From Gemmatimonadota bacterium (GTDB lineage Bacteria > Gemmatimonadota > Gemmatimonadetes > Palauibacterales > Palauibacteraceae), in NCBI GenBank assembly GCA_963666735.1, contig OY762926.1:3744001-3808000 (forward strand): a stretch of 64,000 nucleotides of DNA. Direction: 5' to 3'. Under the pieces are notes generated by a model. The model saw nothing but the letters and a program-made list of their open reading frames with translations. It made no database searches and was not told the origin of the DNA. Position 1 is the first letter of the stretch. Each line of letters begins with the position of its first letter. Below are positions 18,777-28,095 of the stretch, piece by piece. A program made the translations under genes and the position numbers.

Positions 18777-20081
18777 CTACTCGTAGCGTAGCGCGTCGAT
18801 CGGATCCAGTCCCGCGGCCCGCGAGGCCGGGTAGAGCCCGAAACCGATCCCTGTCAGCACCGATGCCGCAAGGGCAGCCATGATCGACCACGGCGGCACG
18901 ACCGCCGGCAGCGGCGTCAATTGGTTCACGATCCAAACGATCGCCCCGCCCAACAGCATTCCGGTCGCCCCGCCGAGCAGCGTGAGCGTGGCCGCCTCGA
19001 CCAGAAACTGCCACATGACATCGCGCCGCCGCGCCCCCATCGCCTTGCGCAGCCCGATCTCCCGGGTCCGCTCCGTGACGGAAATCATCATGATGCCGAT
19101 GACCCCCACGCCCCCCACCATGAGCCCGATGCTCGACAACCCCAGCATCGCCGCAAACAGGACGTTCGTCAGCTGGCCCCAGAGATTCAGCAGTTGTTCC
19201 TGGCTCAGCACCGCGAAGTCGTCCTCCTCGCCCGGCTCCAGGCGACGGAGTTGCCGCATCCGCGCGTGCGTCGCGTCGAGCGCCGCCTGAAGGTCGGCTT
19301 CGGCCTCCGGCCGCACGATGATGCTGACAGCCCGGTCCCAGATGGGCAGCAGCTTGTCCGCGCTCGCGAACGGCACCCACACGAAGTGCGACGCGAAGCC
19401 GGCGAACAGGTTGGCAGGCACCCGGTACACGCCGATCACGCGGAACATGGCTCCGCGGCTCCCTTCTCCGATCCGGATGTCGCGGCCGACCGGATCGAGC
19501 GACCCGAACAGATCGGCCGCCACCACGGAATCGATCACGGCGACGGGGGCCCGCCGCTCGGCCTCCGGGCGCGTGAACCAGCGACCCGAGATGATGTCGC
19601 CGCTGTAGATCTCGAGGTAGTCGGCGCCCACGCCGTAGAACAGGATCTCGACGCGATCCGACCCGACGCTTGCCTCGAAGGCCGGCGTGCCGAAATCGCC
19701 GGTGATCTCGACGAACGGGGACGCGCTCTGGATGCCGGGGATGCGTCCGAGTTCCCGGGCCCACCGCGGATCGAGCGGCTCGTTGCGGAGCAGGTCCGGC
19801 TCCTCCTCGCTCATCGGACCGCCGCCGAACCCCGCCGACGTGAAGTCCCAGTGCGCCACGTAGAACGTCGCGATGCCGTTCGGAGACATCGCAGCTTCGA
19901 AGCTCTTGTTGACGCCGGTGATCGCGGCCGCCATCACCATCACGACGAGCACGCCGATGGTGACGCCAAGGATTGTGAGGCCGCTCCGGACCTTGTTGGC
20001 TCCGATCGAATCGAAGGCGACCGCGATCCCTTCGGTGACCGTCGAAAGGAACCCCATGCCGCCGCGTGCACGAGCGGTCAT
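18777..20081 (-). CDS. MacB/FtsX-family ABC permease (paralog A, most diverged)
   Basis: NKVRSGLTILGVTIG, periplasmic domain, SVTERTREIGLRKAMG, DPIDALRYE. Confidence 0.93.
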   Translation of the reverse strand: MTARARGGMGFLSTVTEGIAVAFDSIGANKVRSGLTILGVTIGVLVVMVMAAAITGVNKSFEAAMSPNGIATFYVAHWDFTSAGFGGGPMSEEEPDLLRNEPLDPRWARELGRIPGIQSASPFVEITGDFGTPAFEASVGSDRVEILFYGVGADYLEIYSGDIISGRWFTRPEAERRAPVAVIDSVVAADLFGSLDPVGRDIRIGEGSRGAMFRVIGVYRVPANLFAGFASHFVWVPFASADKLLPIWDRAVSIIVRPEAEADLQAALDATHARMRQLRRLEPGEEDDFAVLSQEQLLNLWGQLTNVLFAAMLGLSSIGLMVGGVGVIGIMMISVTERTREIGLRKAMGARRRDVMWQFLVEAATLTLLGGATGMLLGGAIVWIVNQLTPLPAVVPPWSIMAALAASVLTGIGFGLYPASRAAGLDPIDALRYE

Positions 20082-20155
20082 ACGCGCCTCCCCATCCCCC
20101 GCGGCTCCTGTCGCCCGCCGGAGTCAGGTCGCGCGTTCCCCGCCGCGGGAGAGAA

Positions 20156-21442
20156 CTACTCGTAGCGCAATGCGTCGATCGGGTCCAGACCGGCGGCCCG
20201 CGAGGCGGGGTACAGTCCGAATCCGATCCCGGTCAGCACCGAGGCCGCGAGCGCGGCCACGATCGACCAAAGCGGCACGACGGCGGTCAGCGGCGTTGCC
20301 TGGTTCACGACCCACACGAGCCCGCCTCCGAGCAGCATGCCCGTCGCCCCGCCAAGCAGCGTGAGCGTGGCCGCTTCGACGAGGAACTGGCACATGATGT
20401 CGCTGCGGCGTCCGCCCATCGCCTTGCGCAGCCCGATCTCGCGGGTCCGCTCCGTCACGGAGATCATCATGATCCCGATGACGCCGACGCCACCGACCAT
20501 GAGCCCGATACTCGACAGGCCCACCATCGCCGCGAACAGCACACCCGTCAGCTGGCCCCAGAGCGCCACCACCTGGTCGGCCGTGATGATGGCGAAATCG
20601 TCATCCTCTCCCGGCCTCAGTCTCCGCAGCTGCCGCATGCGGGCGCGGGTCGCGTCGAGCGCGGTCTGAAGCTCCGTTTCCGGTTCCGGCCGCACCACGA
20701 AGCTCATCTCCCGGTCCCACACCCGCAGCAACTTGTCCGCCGTCGCAAAGGGCATCCACACATAGTGCGATGCGAGGCCTGCGAAGAGGTTGGCGGGTGC
20801 TCGGTAGATGCCGACCACGCGCACCCTCGCGTTCTCGCTGCCCCTGCTGATGCGGATGTCCCGCCCGATCGGGTCGCGCGTCCCGAACAGCCCCACCGCG
20901 GTGGCCGAGTCGATCACGGTGACCGCGGCGCGCCGGTTGGCCTCCAACTGCGTGAACCAGCGGCCGGCGATCACATCGCCGCCCGAGATCTCGATGTAGT
21001 CGGCGCCCACTCCGTAGAGCCCGACCTCGACCCGGTCGCCCCCGGAAGAGGCCTCGTTGCCTGACCCGAGATTCACTACAGACACCGCGCTCTGGATCCC
21101 CTGGATCCGCTCCAGTTCCTTCGCCCATTCCGGCTCCAGCGGAGGGTTCCTGAAGAAGGCGTGTTCCCCCTCGTCGAGGGGGCCGGTGATCTGCATGGAG
21201 AAAAAGTCGAAGTGAGCCACCCAGAACGTAGTGATCCCCTCCGGGGCCATCAGTTCCGAGAAGCTCTTGTTGATCCCGGTGATCACCGCCGCCATGACCA
21301 TGACGACGAGGACTCCGATCGTCACGCCGAGGATCGTGAGACCGCTCCGCACCTTGTTCGCTCCGAGCGAGTCGAAGGCGACGGCGATCCCCTCGGTGAC
21401 CGTCGCGATGAACCCCATGCCGCGGCCCGAACGAGCGGTCAC
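20156..21442 (-). CDS. MacB/FtsX-family ABC permease (paralog B)
   Basis: Same motifs; very similar to 21521..22816. Confidence 0.93.
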   Translation of the reverse strand: MTARSGRGMGFIATVTEGIAVAFDSLGANKVRSGLTILGVTIGVLVVMVMAAVITGINKSFSELMAPEGITTFWVAHFDFFSMQITGPLDEGEHAFFRNPPLEPEWAKELERIQGIQSAVSVVNLGSGNEASSGGDRVEVGLYGVGADYIEISGGDVIAGRWFTQLEANRRAAVTVIDSATAVGLFGTRDPIGRDIRISRGSENARVRVVGIYRAPANLFAGLASHYVWMPFATADKLLRVWDREMSFVVRPEPETELQTALDATRARMRQLRRLRPGEDDDFAIITADQVVALWGQLTGVLFAAMVGLSSIGLMVGGVGVIGIMMISVTERTREIGLRKAMGGRRSDIMCQFLVEAATLTLLGGATGMLLGGGLVWVVNQATPLTAVVPLWSIVAALAASVLTGIGFGLYPASRAAGLDPIDALRYE

Positions 21443-21520
21443 ACGCGCCTCCCCGTAGCCCGCGGCTTCCGGAGACCCCGTGGGCGTAAGGTCACCCCTG
21501 TGTTGTCGTGGGTGCGGAAC

Positions 21521-22816
21521 TCACTCGTAGCGCAATGCGTCGATCGGGTCCAGACCTGCGGCCCGGGAGGCGGGGTACAGTCCGAAGCCGATCCCGGTCA
21601 GGATCGAGGCCGCGAGCGCGGCCACGATCGACCACAGCGGCACGACGGCGGTCAGCGGCGTGACCTGGTTCACGATCCACACGAGCCCACCCCCGAGCAG
21701 CATCCCGGTCGTCCCGCCCAGCAGCGTGAGCGTGGCGGCCTCGACGAGGAACTGCCACATGATGTCACGGCGGCGCCCGCCCATCGCCTTGCGCAGTCCG
21801 ATCTCGCGCGTCCGCTCCGTGACCGAGATCATCATGATCCCGATCACCCCCACGCCACCGACCATGAGCCCGATACTCGACAGGCCGACCATCGCCGCGA
21901 ACAGCACACCGGTCAGTTGGCCCCACAGATCCATCATCTGCTCGGAGGTCATCATGGCGAAGTCGTCTTCCTCGCCGACGTCCAGTCCCCGCAACTGCCG
22001 CATGCGGGCGCGCGTCAAGTCGAGCGCGGCCTGCAGTTCCATCTCCGGTTCCGGCCGCACGACGATGCTGATCTGCCGGTCCCACACCCGCAGCAGCTTG
22101 TCCGCCGTCGCGAAGGGCACCCACACATAGTGCGAGACCAGCCCGGCGAACAGGTTGGCCGGCACCCGGTAGATGCCGACCACGCGCACCCTCGCGTTCT
22201 CGCTGCCCCTGCTGATGCGGATGTCCCGCCCGATCGGATCCCGAGTCCCGAACAGCCCCACCGCGGTGGCCGAGTCGATCACGGTGACCGCGGCGCGCCG
22301 GTCGGCTTCCGACTGCGTGAACCAGCGGCCGGCGATGATGTCGCCGCCCGAGATCTCGATGTAGTCGGCGCCGACTCCGTAGAGTCCGATCTCGACGCGG
22401 TCGCCCTCGGAGGAGGCCTCGTAGCCTGACCCCGCCAGATCCACGAAGGGCGCCGCGCTCTGGATCCCCGGGATCCGCCCCAGTTCCTTCGCCCATTCCG
22501 GCTCCAGCGGAGGGTTCTTGAAGAAGGCGTCCTCCCCCTCCTCGAGCGGTCCGCTGATCTGCATGGAGGAGAAGTCGAAGTGCGCCACCCAGAACGTGGT
22601 GATCCCCTCCGGGGCCATCAGCTCCGAGAAGCTCCGGTTGATCCCGGTGATCACCGCCGCCATGACCATGACGACGACGACACCGATCGTCACGCCGAGG
22701 ATCGTGAGACCGCTCCGCACCTTGTTCCCTCCGAGCGAGTCGAAGGCGACGGCGATCCCCTCGGCGACTGTCGCGATGAATCCCATGCCTCGCATGCCTT
22801 TCCTGCCCGCGCTCAC
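21521..22816 (-). CDS. MacB/FtsX-family ABC permease (paralog C)
   Basis: Same motifs; first of the three tandem paralogs in transcription order. Confidence 0.93.
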   Translation of the reverse strand: MSAGRKGMRGMGFIATVAEGIAVAFDSLGGNKVRSGLTILGVTIGVVVVMVMAAVITGINRSFSELMAPEGITTFWVAHFDFSSMQISGPLEEGEDAFFKNPPLEPEWAKELGRIPGIQSAAPFVDLAGSGYEASSEGDRVEIGLYGVGADYIEISGGDIIAGRWFTQSEADRRAAVTVIDSATAVGLFGTRDPIGRDIRISRGSENARVRVVGIYRVPANLFAGLVSHYVWVPFATADKLLRVWDRQISIVVRPEPEMELQAALDLTRARMRQLRGLDVGEEDDFAMMTSEQMMDLWGQLTGVLFAAMVGLSSIGLMVGGVGVIGIMMISVTERTREIGLRKAMGGRRRDIMWQFLVEAATLTLLGGTTGMLLGGGLVWIVNQVTPLTAVVPLWSIVAALAASILTGIGFGLYPASRAAGLDPIDALRYE

Positions 22817-22823
22817 GGCAACC

Positions 22824-24068
22824 TCACTCGAACCTGAGGGCTTCGATCGGGTCGAGCCGGGCCGCGCGATAGGCGGGGTAGAGGCCGGAGGTGATCCCGA
22901 CGCCGAGCCCGAGCACGAGGGAGACGATCATCGCGGGAACCGAGATCGCTGCCGGGAGGCCCCAGACCCCTTCGACGATGAACGCCAGCCCGAATCCGAT
23001 TCCGATTCCGAGCGCCGCCCCCACAATCGAGAGCGTGGAGGCCTCGGTCAGGAACTGGAAGAGGACATCGCGCCGCCGCGCCCCGAGGGACTTGCGGAGC
23101 CCGATCTCGCGCGTCCGGTCCGTGACCGAGAGCAGCATGATGTTCATGATCACGATGCCGCCCACCACGAGCGAGATTCCGACCAATCCCGGCAGCGCCG
23201 TCATCAGCACCCGGTTGATCGCCTCCCACGCGTCGAGCAGCCCGCTCGAAGTGTCGATGCCGAAATTGTTCGGTTCGGAGGGCCGCAGGCGCCGGTCGGA
23301 TCGCAGCGCGCCCTCGACTTCCGCCATGGCCGGGTCCAGTTCGTCGAGCGACCCCATCTTGACGGTGATGCCGTCCACCTCCAGCCGCCGGCGCGCTACC
23401 GTGCGCTGGAACGTTTCGAAGGGAATGAGGACGGCCGCATCGCGCAGGTTGCCGGCCAGGCCCCCCTGGGCCTCCAGCACGCCGACGACTCTGAACCCGT
23501 GCCCGCCCGCTCGGATGCGCTTGTCGATGGGCGAGGTCGTGGGGAAGAGCCGTTCGGCGATCTGGGCGCCGATCACGGCGACGGGAAGCGCCTGCTGGTC
23601 ATCGATCGGCGTCAGGCCCCGCCCATCCACCACCTTCCATCCCTGGACCGCCTCGTACTCGGGCGAACCCCCGACCATGAGGACATTGCGCCGTTCGTAC
23701 TGCCCGTAGCGCACCGAGCCCGCGACATCTCGCGCATAATAGGCCCGGTATTGGGCGTCGGGCGTCGCGGCCAGCACGACTTCCACGTCCTCCATGGTGA
23801 GCTGTGGATTGCGCCGCTGCCGGCGTCGTTCCGCCTCGTCGATGCGACCGGTGGTGATCTGGGGACGCCGGACCACCGTGAAGGTGTTCACGCCGAAGAG
23901 CGAACCCGCGAAGTCATCGCGCACGTAGCTGTTCATGCCCTCGACGATCGTGATCACCGCCATGAGGAACGTGATTCCGATGCTGATGCCGAGGAGCGCG
24001 AAGAACGACTTCAGCTTCTGCGACCGGACCTGCTGCAGCGACAGGCGGATGCCCTCCCAGAATCTCAT
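22824..24068 (-). CDS. MacB/FtsX-family ABC permease (distinct partner subunit)
   Basis: QKLKSFFALLGISIG, SVTDRTREIGLRK, DPIEALRFE. Confidence 0.93.
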   Translation of the reverse strand: MRFWEGIRLSLQQVRSQKLKSFFALLGISIGITFLMAVITIVEGMNSYVRDDFAGSLFGVNTFTVVRRPQITTGRIDEAERRRQRRNPQLTMEDVEVVLAATPDAQYRAYYARDVAGSVRYGQYERRNVLMVGGSPEYEAVQGWKVVDGRGLTPIDDQQALPVAVIGAQIAERLFPTTSPIDKRIRAGGHGFRVVGVLEAQGGLAGNLRDAAVLIPFETFQRTVARRRLEVDGITVKMGSLDELDPAMAEVEGALRSDRRLRPSEPNNFGIDTSSGLLDAWEAINRVLMTALPGLVGISLVVGGIVIMNIMLLSVTDRTREIGLRKSLGARRRDVLFQFLTEASTLSIVGAALGIGIGFGLAFIVEGVWGLPAAISVPAMIVSLVLGLGVGITSGLYPAYRAARLDPIEALRFE

Positions 24069-24089
24069 CGGCGGGGAATCGCGCGGCCG

Positions 24090-25043
24090 CTAGCGCCCGC
24101 CATCGACGGGCGGGGTGCGGGGGGGTGCCCACGGGTTCGAGATGGGGCGCGGTGTTGCCGGGGTCTGAGGCGCGGCCTCGGGCGTCACGGGGTCCGGCGG
24201 AGCCGCCGTCGGGGGCGCCGGGGCACCCTCTGGGGTGGCTTCCCGCGGGGGAGCCGGTGCAGGCTCGGCCTCCGGGCTCGCCGGTGGGTCCGCCGCGACC
24301 GCAGCCGCCACGGGCTGCTTGATGCCGCGCGCGAGGTAGTAATCCACGGACATCTCCGCCTCGACCTTGCCGTCGACGAGCGTGATCACGCGCTGGGAGC
24401 GAGCCGCGATGTCGTACTCGTGCGTGACCATGATGATGGTCTGGCCGTTCTCGTGGAGCGTGTCGAAGACGTCCATGATCTCCTCGGACGTCGAGGAGTC
24501 GAGGTTACCCGTCGGCTCGTCCGCGAGGAGGATCGAGGGGTCGTTGACGAGCGCCCTCGCGATGGCCACGCGCTGGCGCTGGCCCCCGGAGAGTTCGTTG
24601 GGTTTGTGGTCCATCCGGTCGGCCAACTGCACGATCTCGAGCGCGTGCGCCGCCTTCCGCTGACGGTCCCTGCTCGATACCCCCGCGTAGATCAGCGGCA
24701 ACTCCACGTTGTGCAGCGCCGTTGCCCGCGGCAGGAGATTGAACGTCTGGAACACGAAGCCGATCTCCTGGTTTCGAATCCGGGCCAGGTTGTCGTCGCT
24801 CAGATCCTGGACCGCCTGCCCGTTGAGGACGTACTCGCCGCTCGTCGGGGAATCGAGGCAGCCGATCATGTTCATGAGCGTCGACTTGCCCGAGCCCGAG
24901 GGGCCCATGATCGACACGTACTCGTTCCGGAGGATCTCGATGTCCACGCCCGCCAGCGCGTGGACCGTCTCCGTGCCCATCACGTAGTCCTTCTTGAGAC
25001 CGCGCGCGACGATGATCGACTCCATCTGTCCGTTCCCGCTCAT
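24090..25043 (-). CDS. ABC ATP-binding protein (LolD/MacB-type) with Pro/Ala-rich C-terminal tail
   Basis: [33 protein letters not shown]. Confidence 0.95.
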   Translation of the reverse strand: MSGNGQMESIIVARGLKKDYVMGTETVHALAGVDIEILRNEYVSIMGPSGSGKSTLMNMIGCLDSPTSGEYVLNGQAVQDLSDDNLARIRNQEIGFVFQTFNLLPRATALHNVELPLIYAGVSSRDRQRKAAHALEIVQLADRMDHKPNELSGGQRQRVAIARALVNDPSILLADEPTGNLDSSTSEEIMDVFDTLHENGQTIIMVTHEYDIAARSQRVITLVDGKVEAEMSVDYYLARGIKQPVAAAVAADPPASPEAEPAPAPPREATPEGAPAPPTAAPPDPVTPEAAPQTPATPRPISNPWAPPRTPPVDGGR

Positions 25044-26362
25044 CGTCCGTCCTCTCCGTTGGCCGATCCGTCGGCCGCGGCGTCGCTCCCTCCGCTCCCG
25101 TCGCCGTTGACGGCGGCCTCGGGGGCCGGCCCGTCGATCTCGATCCGGCTTCCGTCCTGGAGTTCGCGGATCGCCTGGAACGAGCCGGAGACGACCGTCG
25201 TGCCGACTTCGATCCCGGACACGACCTCGAAGTAGTTCTCTCCGGCGATGCCGATCTCCACCGGCCGGAAGCGGACGACGTCGCCCTCCACGACAAAGAC
25301 GCCCTCGATATCCCGCACCGCGTCGGAACGCGGAGCGCTCGGGAGGTTTTCGTTCGGGATCTCCTCGTACTCATCCGCATCCATCAGCGTGAGCGCCGTG
25401 ATGGGGATGCTGGGCACGTCGTCGCGGGTGGCCGTGATCACGTCGGCCGTGGCCGACAGGTCCGGCCTGATCCCTTCGGGCGGTGCGCGCAGTTCAATCT
25501 TGACCTCGAAGTCAATGGCCTGGGCCGAGCCGCCCGCCGCGGAGGGGTTCAACGGAATGATCGAACTGTTGCCGATCTCCGTGACGGTCCCCACGAAACG
25601 CCGGTTCGGAAAAGCGTCGATCTCGACGTAGGCGGAGTCGCCGATGGCGATATCGGGCACGTCCGTTTCGTCCACCTCGATTACGGCTTCCATGACGGAA
25701 AGGTCGGCGACCGTTAGCAGTACGGTTCCCGGATTGTTCATCGTCCCGACGATCGCGGTCTCGCCGCGCTCGACGTTCAGCCGCGTGATCCGGCCCGACA
25801 TGGGCGCCCGGATCGTGGTCTTCCCGAGCCGGTCCCGTTCCTGGTCCAGGCTCGCGTCGGCCTGCTGGACCTGGTGCTCCGAGGCCTCCAGGAGCCGCTT
25901 CTGGACGTTGGCGTTCGTCACCGCCTGCTCGACTTCCGCCTCGGTCACGAAGTCGGTCCCGCGCGCCTGCAACGCCGTGAGACGGTCCGCGTCCCGCTGC
26001 GACTGCTGGTACGTCGCCTCCTGCTGGGCGAGGTTGGCCTCCGCCTGCGCGAGAGCGGCCTCGGCCCGGTCCACGCCTGCCCTGTAGAGGGCCGGGTCGA
26101 TCTGCAGCAGGAGGTCTCCCTCCTCCACGTCCTGCCCTTCCTCCACCGGGAGTTCGATGATCCGTCCGGCGACGTCCGTGGTGATGTCCACGTGCGTCTT
26201 GGGCTCGATGTGGCCCGTAGCGGAGACGTCGTCGACGAGATCCCGCAACCCGACGGCCTCCACGCGGACTTCGACGGCGCCACGCCCTTGCCGCTGCGTG
26301 GCGAGAAATCCCATGGTCGCGAGAAGTCCAACCACGACGACCGCGATGATCGCTTTCTTCAT
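25040..26362 (-). CDS. Periplasmic adaptor / membrane fusion protein (MacA/YknX-like)
   Basis: N-terminal anchor, lipoyl halves ([21 protein letters not shown]), alpha-hairpin, VDETD. Confidence 0.93.
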   Translation of the reverse strand: MKKAIIAVVVVGLLATMGFLATQRQGRGAVEVRVEAVGLRDLVDDVSATGHIEPKTHVDITTDVAGRIIELPVEEGQDVEEGDLLLQIDPALYRAGVDRAEAALAQAEANLAQQEATYQQSQRDADRLTALQARGTDFVTEAEVEQAVTNANVQKRLLEASEHQVQQADASLDQERDRLGKTTIRAPMSGRITRLNVERGETAIVGTMNNPGTVLLTVADLSVMEAVIEVDETDVPDIAIGDSAYVEIDAFPNRRFVGTVTEIGNSSIIPLNPSAAGGSAQAIDFEVKIELRAPPEGIRPDLSATADVITATRDDVPSIPITALTLMDADEYEEIPNENLPSAPRSDAVRDIEGVFVVEGDVVRFRPVEIGIAGENYFEVVSGIEVGTTVVSGSFQAIRELQDGSRIEIDGPAPEAAVNGDGSGGSDAAADGSANGEDGR

Positions 26363-26461
26363 CCTTCACAAGGACCTTTATTTCGAGACTCGGCGGGCAG
26401 TCCGGGCAACTGCAGGGCCCGCGCCCAGGGGCACATCATCGGTACATCGGTACGTCACGGG

Positions 26462-26488
26462 TACGTTGGCGCGACCTGAGCGGTTTCA
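26462..26488 (-). promoter_or_regulatory. ECF (sigmaW-like) promoter TGAAAC-N17-CGTA
   Basis: The minus strand reads TGAAAC cgctcaggtcgcgccaa CGTA about 100 nt upstream of the MFP start. Confidence 0.6.
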
Positions 26489-26492
26489 CGTG

Positions 26493-27236
26493 CTATCCGG
26501 CCAGACCGGCGAGGAGACCGGAGAACATTGCGAGCGCCGCCACGAAGATCAGGTAGAGCACGAGCAGATACGTCGTGCCCGCCGCCACGGACCGTCCCGG
26601 ATAGAAACGGCTCACCGCCACCCCGAGCACCCCGCACGTCCAAACAGAGAAGATGTTGATTCCGTTTAGGAACCTGCCCAGGAATCCCTCCATCTCGGGC
26701 AGGAAGAGACCGGGCGAGAGGGTCGTGACCTCGGCGCCGACCGCCAACAGGCCGATGGAGAGGACGCCTCCCGCCGTTCCGATGTACATCGAGTGTGTGG
26801 CGGCGCTCAGCAACTGCTTGAAGCTGGCCTCGCCTCCCAGGATGACGTTGAACGCGATGAGGAGGAGGCCCGCGATGATCAAGAGTACGATGGGCGTCAT
26901 GATGATGGTGCCTACGATGACGCCGACTCCCGGCGAAATGGCTGCGTCGACCTGCTGTTCCAGCACCGCAGGATCCGTTCCCGCCGGTATGAAGTCCGCG
27001 ATCCGGGCCTCTGCCGCCCTCCGCAATACCTCCTCGGGGACGACGACGGGCGTAAGGAACTGCAGCGCGATGCTGAGGCCGATGAGCCCCACAACGGCTC
27101 CGATCCAGGCAGGGCGGTGGCGGAGAGCGTCGAACAGCTTCGCCGGCGAGACGAAGACCTGCACGATGCGCACGGGCAGGGAGGGAATCCCTTGTTCCTC
27201 CACCGCTGCGTCGGACGATTCCGGATGGTGTTCCAT
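26493..27236 (-). CDS. Yip1-family membrane protein (YknW-like)
   Basis: VFVSPAKLF...RPAW, multiple TM helices, ASFKQL, INIFSVW. Confidence 0.8.
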   Translation of the reverse strand: MEHHPESSDAAVEEQGIPSLPVRIVQVFVSPAKLFDALRHRPAWIGAVVGLIGLSIALQFLTPVVVPEEVLRRAAEARIADFIPAGTDPAVLEQQVDAAISPGVGVIVGTIIMTPIVLLIIAGLLLIAFNVILGGEASFKQLLSAATHSMYIGTAGGVLSIGLLAVGAEVTTLSPGLFLPEMEGFLGRFLNGINIFSVWTCGVLGVAVSRFYPGRSVAAGTTYLLVLYLIFVAALAMFSGLLAGLAG

Positions 27237-27272
27237 TTTCTCCTCTTTCTCCTCTTTCTTCTCCAGTTTGCC

Positions 27273-27971
27273 TCAGCCCTCGGCCGGGGCTCGCACGGCC
27301 TCGCGTCCCGCCGCGTCCACGACGCGGAGCAGCCGGTCGTCCGCGTCGAGCCACACCCGGTGCAGGGCGCCCTCCACGTCCACGTCGTAACGGGTCGCGT
27401 CCACCGACTCATCGCCGAGCGAAACGCCTTCCTCCGTCCGCCCGGTCAGGCCCACGGTCACGGTCCGGCCGTCAAGGGGCAGGATCGCTGTCATGCGCCC
27501 GTCCGGCGCTGCTCTGAGCGCGCGCACGAGGACGAGATAGTGATGTGCGACCCCCGGTTCGAGGATCGCGGCCGCCTCCTGAACCGGGTACTCCTTCCAG
27601 CGCTCGCCCTCCGGGGTCGCGAAGTGGAAGCGGATCCGGTCGGGAAAGCGTTCCCCGCTCACGAGAGGCGATACCCCTTCGCGAATCTCGTATTTCACGG
27701 GAAGCAGGTCGGGGTCCATCTGGAGCCGCACCTGCCAGGCGGTTCGCTGCACCCTCTCGACGCTGGCGACGGCGTTCACGGTGAATCCGGTCCGCCAGAT
27801 CCGGAAGCGCTCCGTCCCCACGCGGCGCCCCGCTTCGCGGAGATAAAGGTGGCCCGCGTCGAGTTCCTGCGCGTCCAGCGGCAGGGGGGTCGGCAGGTCC
27901 GCGAGCAGCGGGCTCAGGAGGAGCGCTCCGAGCACCCGCGTCCTGCCTGACCTTCTCACGCTCTTCGCCAC
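27273..27971 (-). CDS. Hypothetical exported protein
   Basis: Signal-peptide-like N-terminus, beta-rich body, VWLDADDRLLRV. Confidence 0.65.
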   Translation of the reverse strand: MAKSVRRSGRTRVLGALLLSPLLADLPTPLPLDAQELDAGHLYLREAGRRVGTERFRIWRTGFTVNAVASVERVQRTAWQVRLQMDPDLLPVKYEIREGVSPLVSGERFPDRIRFHFATPEGERWKEYPVQEAAAILEPGVAHHYLVLVRALRAAPDGRMTAILPLDGRTVTVGLTGRTEEGVSLGDESVDATRYDVDVEGALHRVWLDADDRLLRVVDAAGREAVRAPAEG

Positions 27972-28095
27972 TCGTCCGCCTCGCTTGTAGCCCGTTTGAG
28001 TGCAGCCGTTTGAGAACCGGTTGAGACCGGCGCCGATCTTCGACTCACGGTGAAGTTACAAGACTACAAGGCTGTGCGGACGGGAGCGACGAAGA

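Noticed and set aside
18777..22816. Permease paralogs as a diversity-generating retroelement or invertase shufflon
   Set aside because: No reverse transcriptase or recombinase nearby, no obvious adenine-specific TR/VR pair, and all copies are full-length in the same orientation
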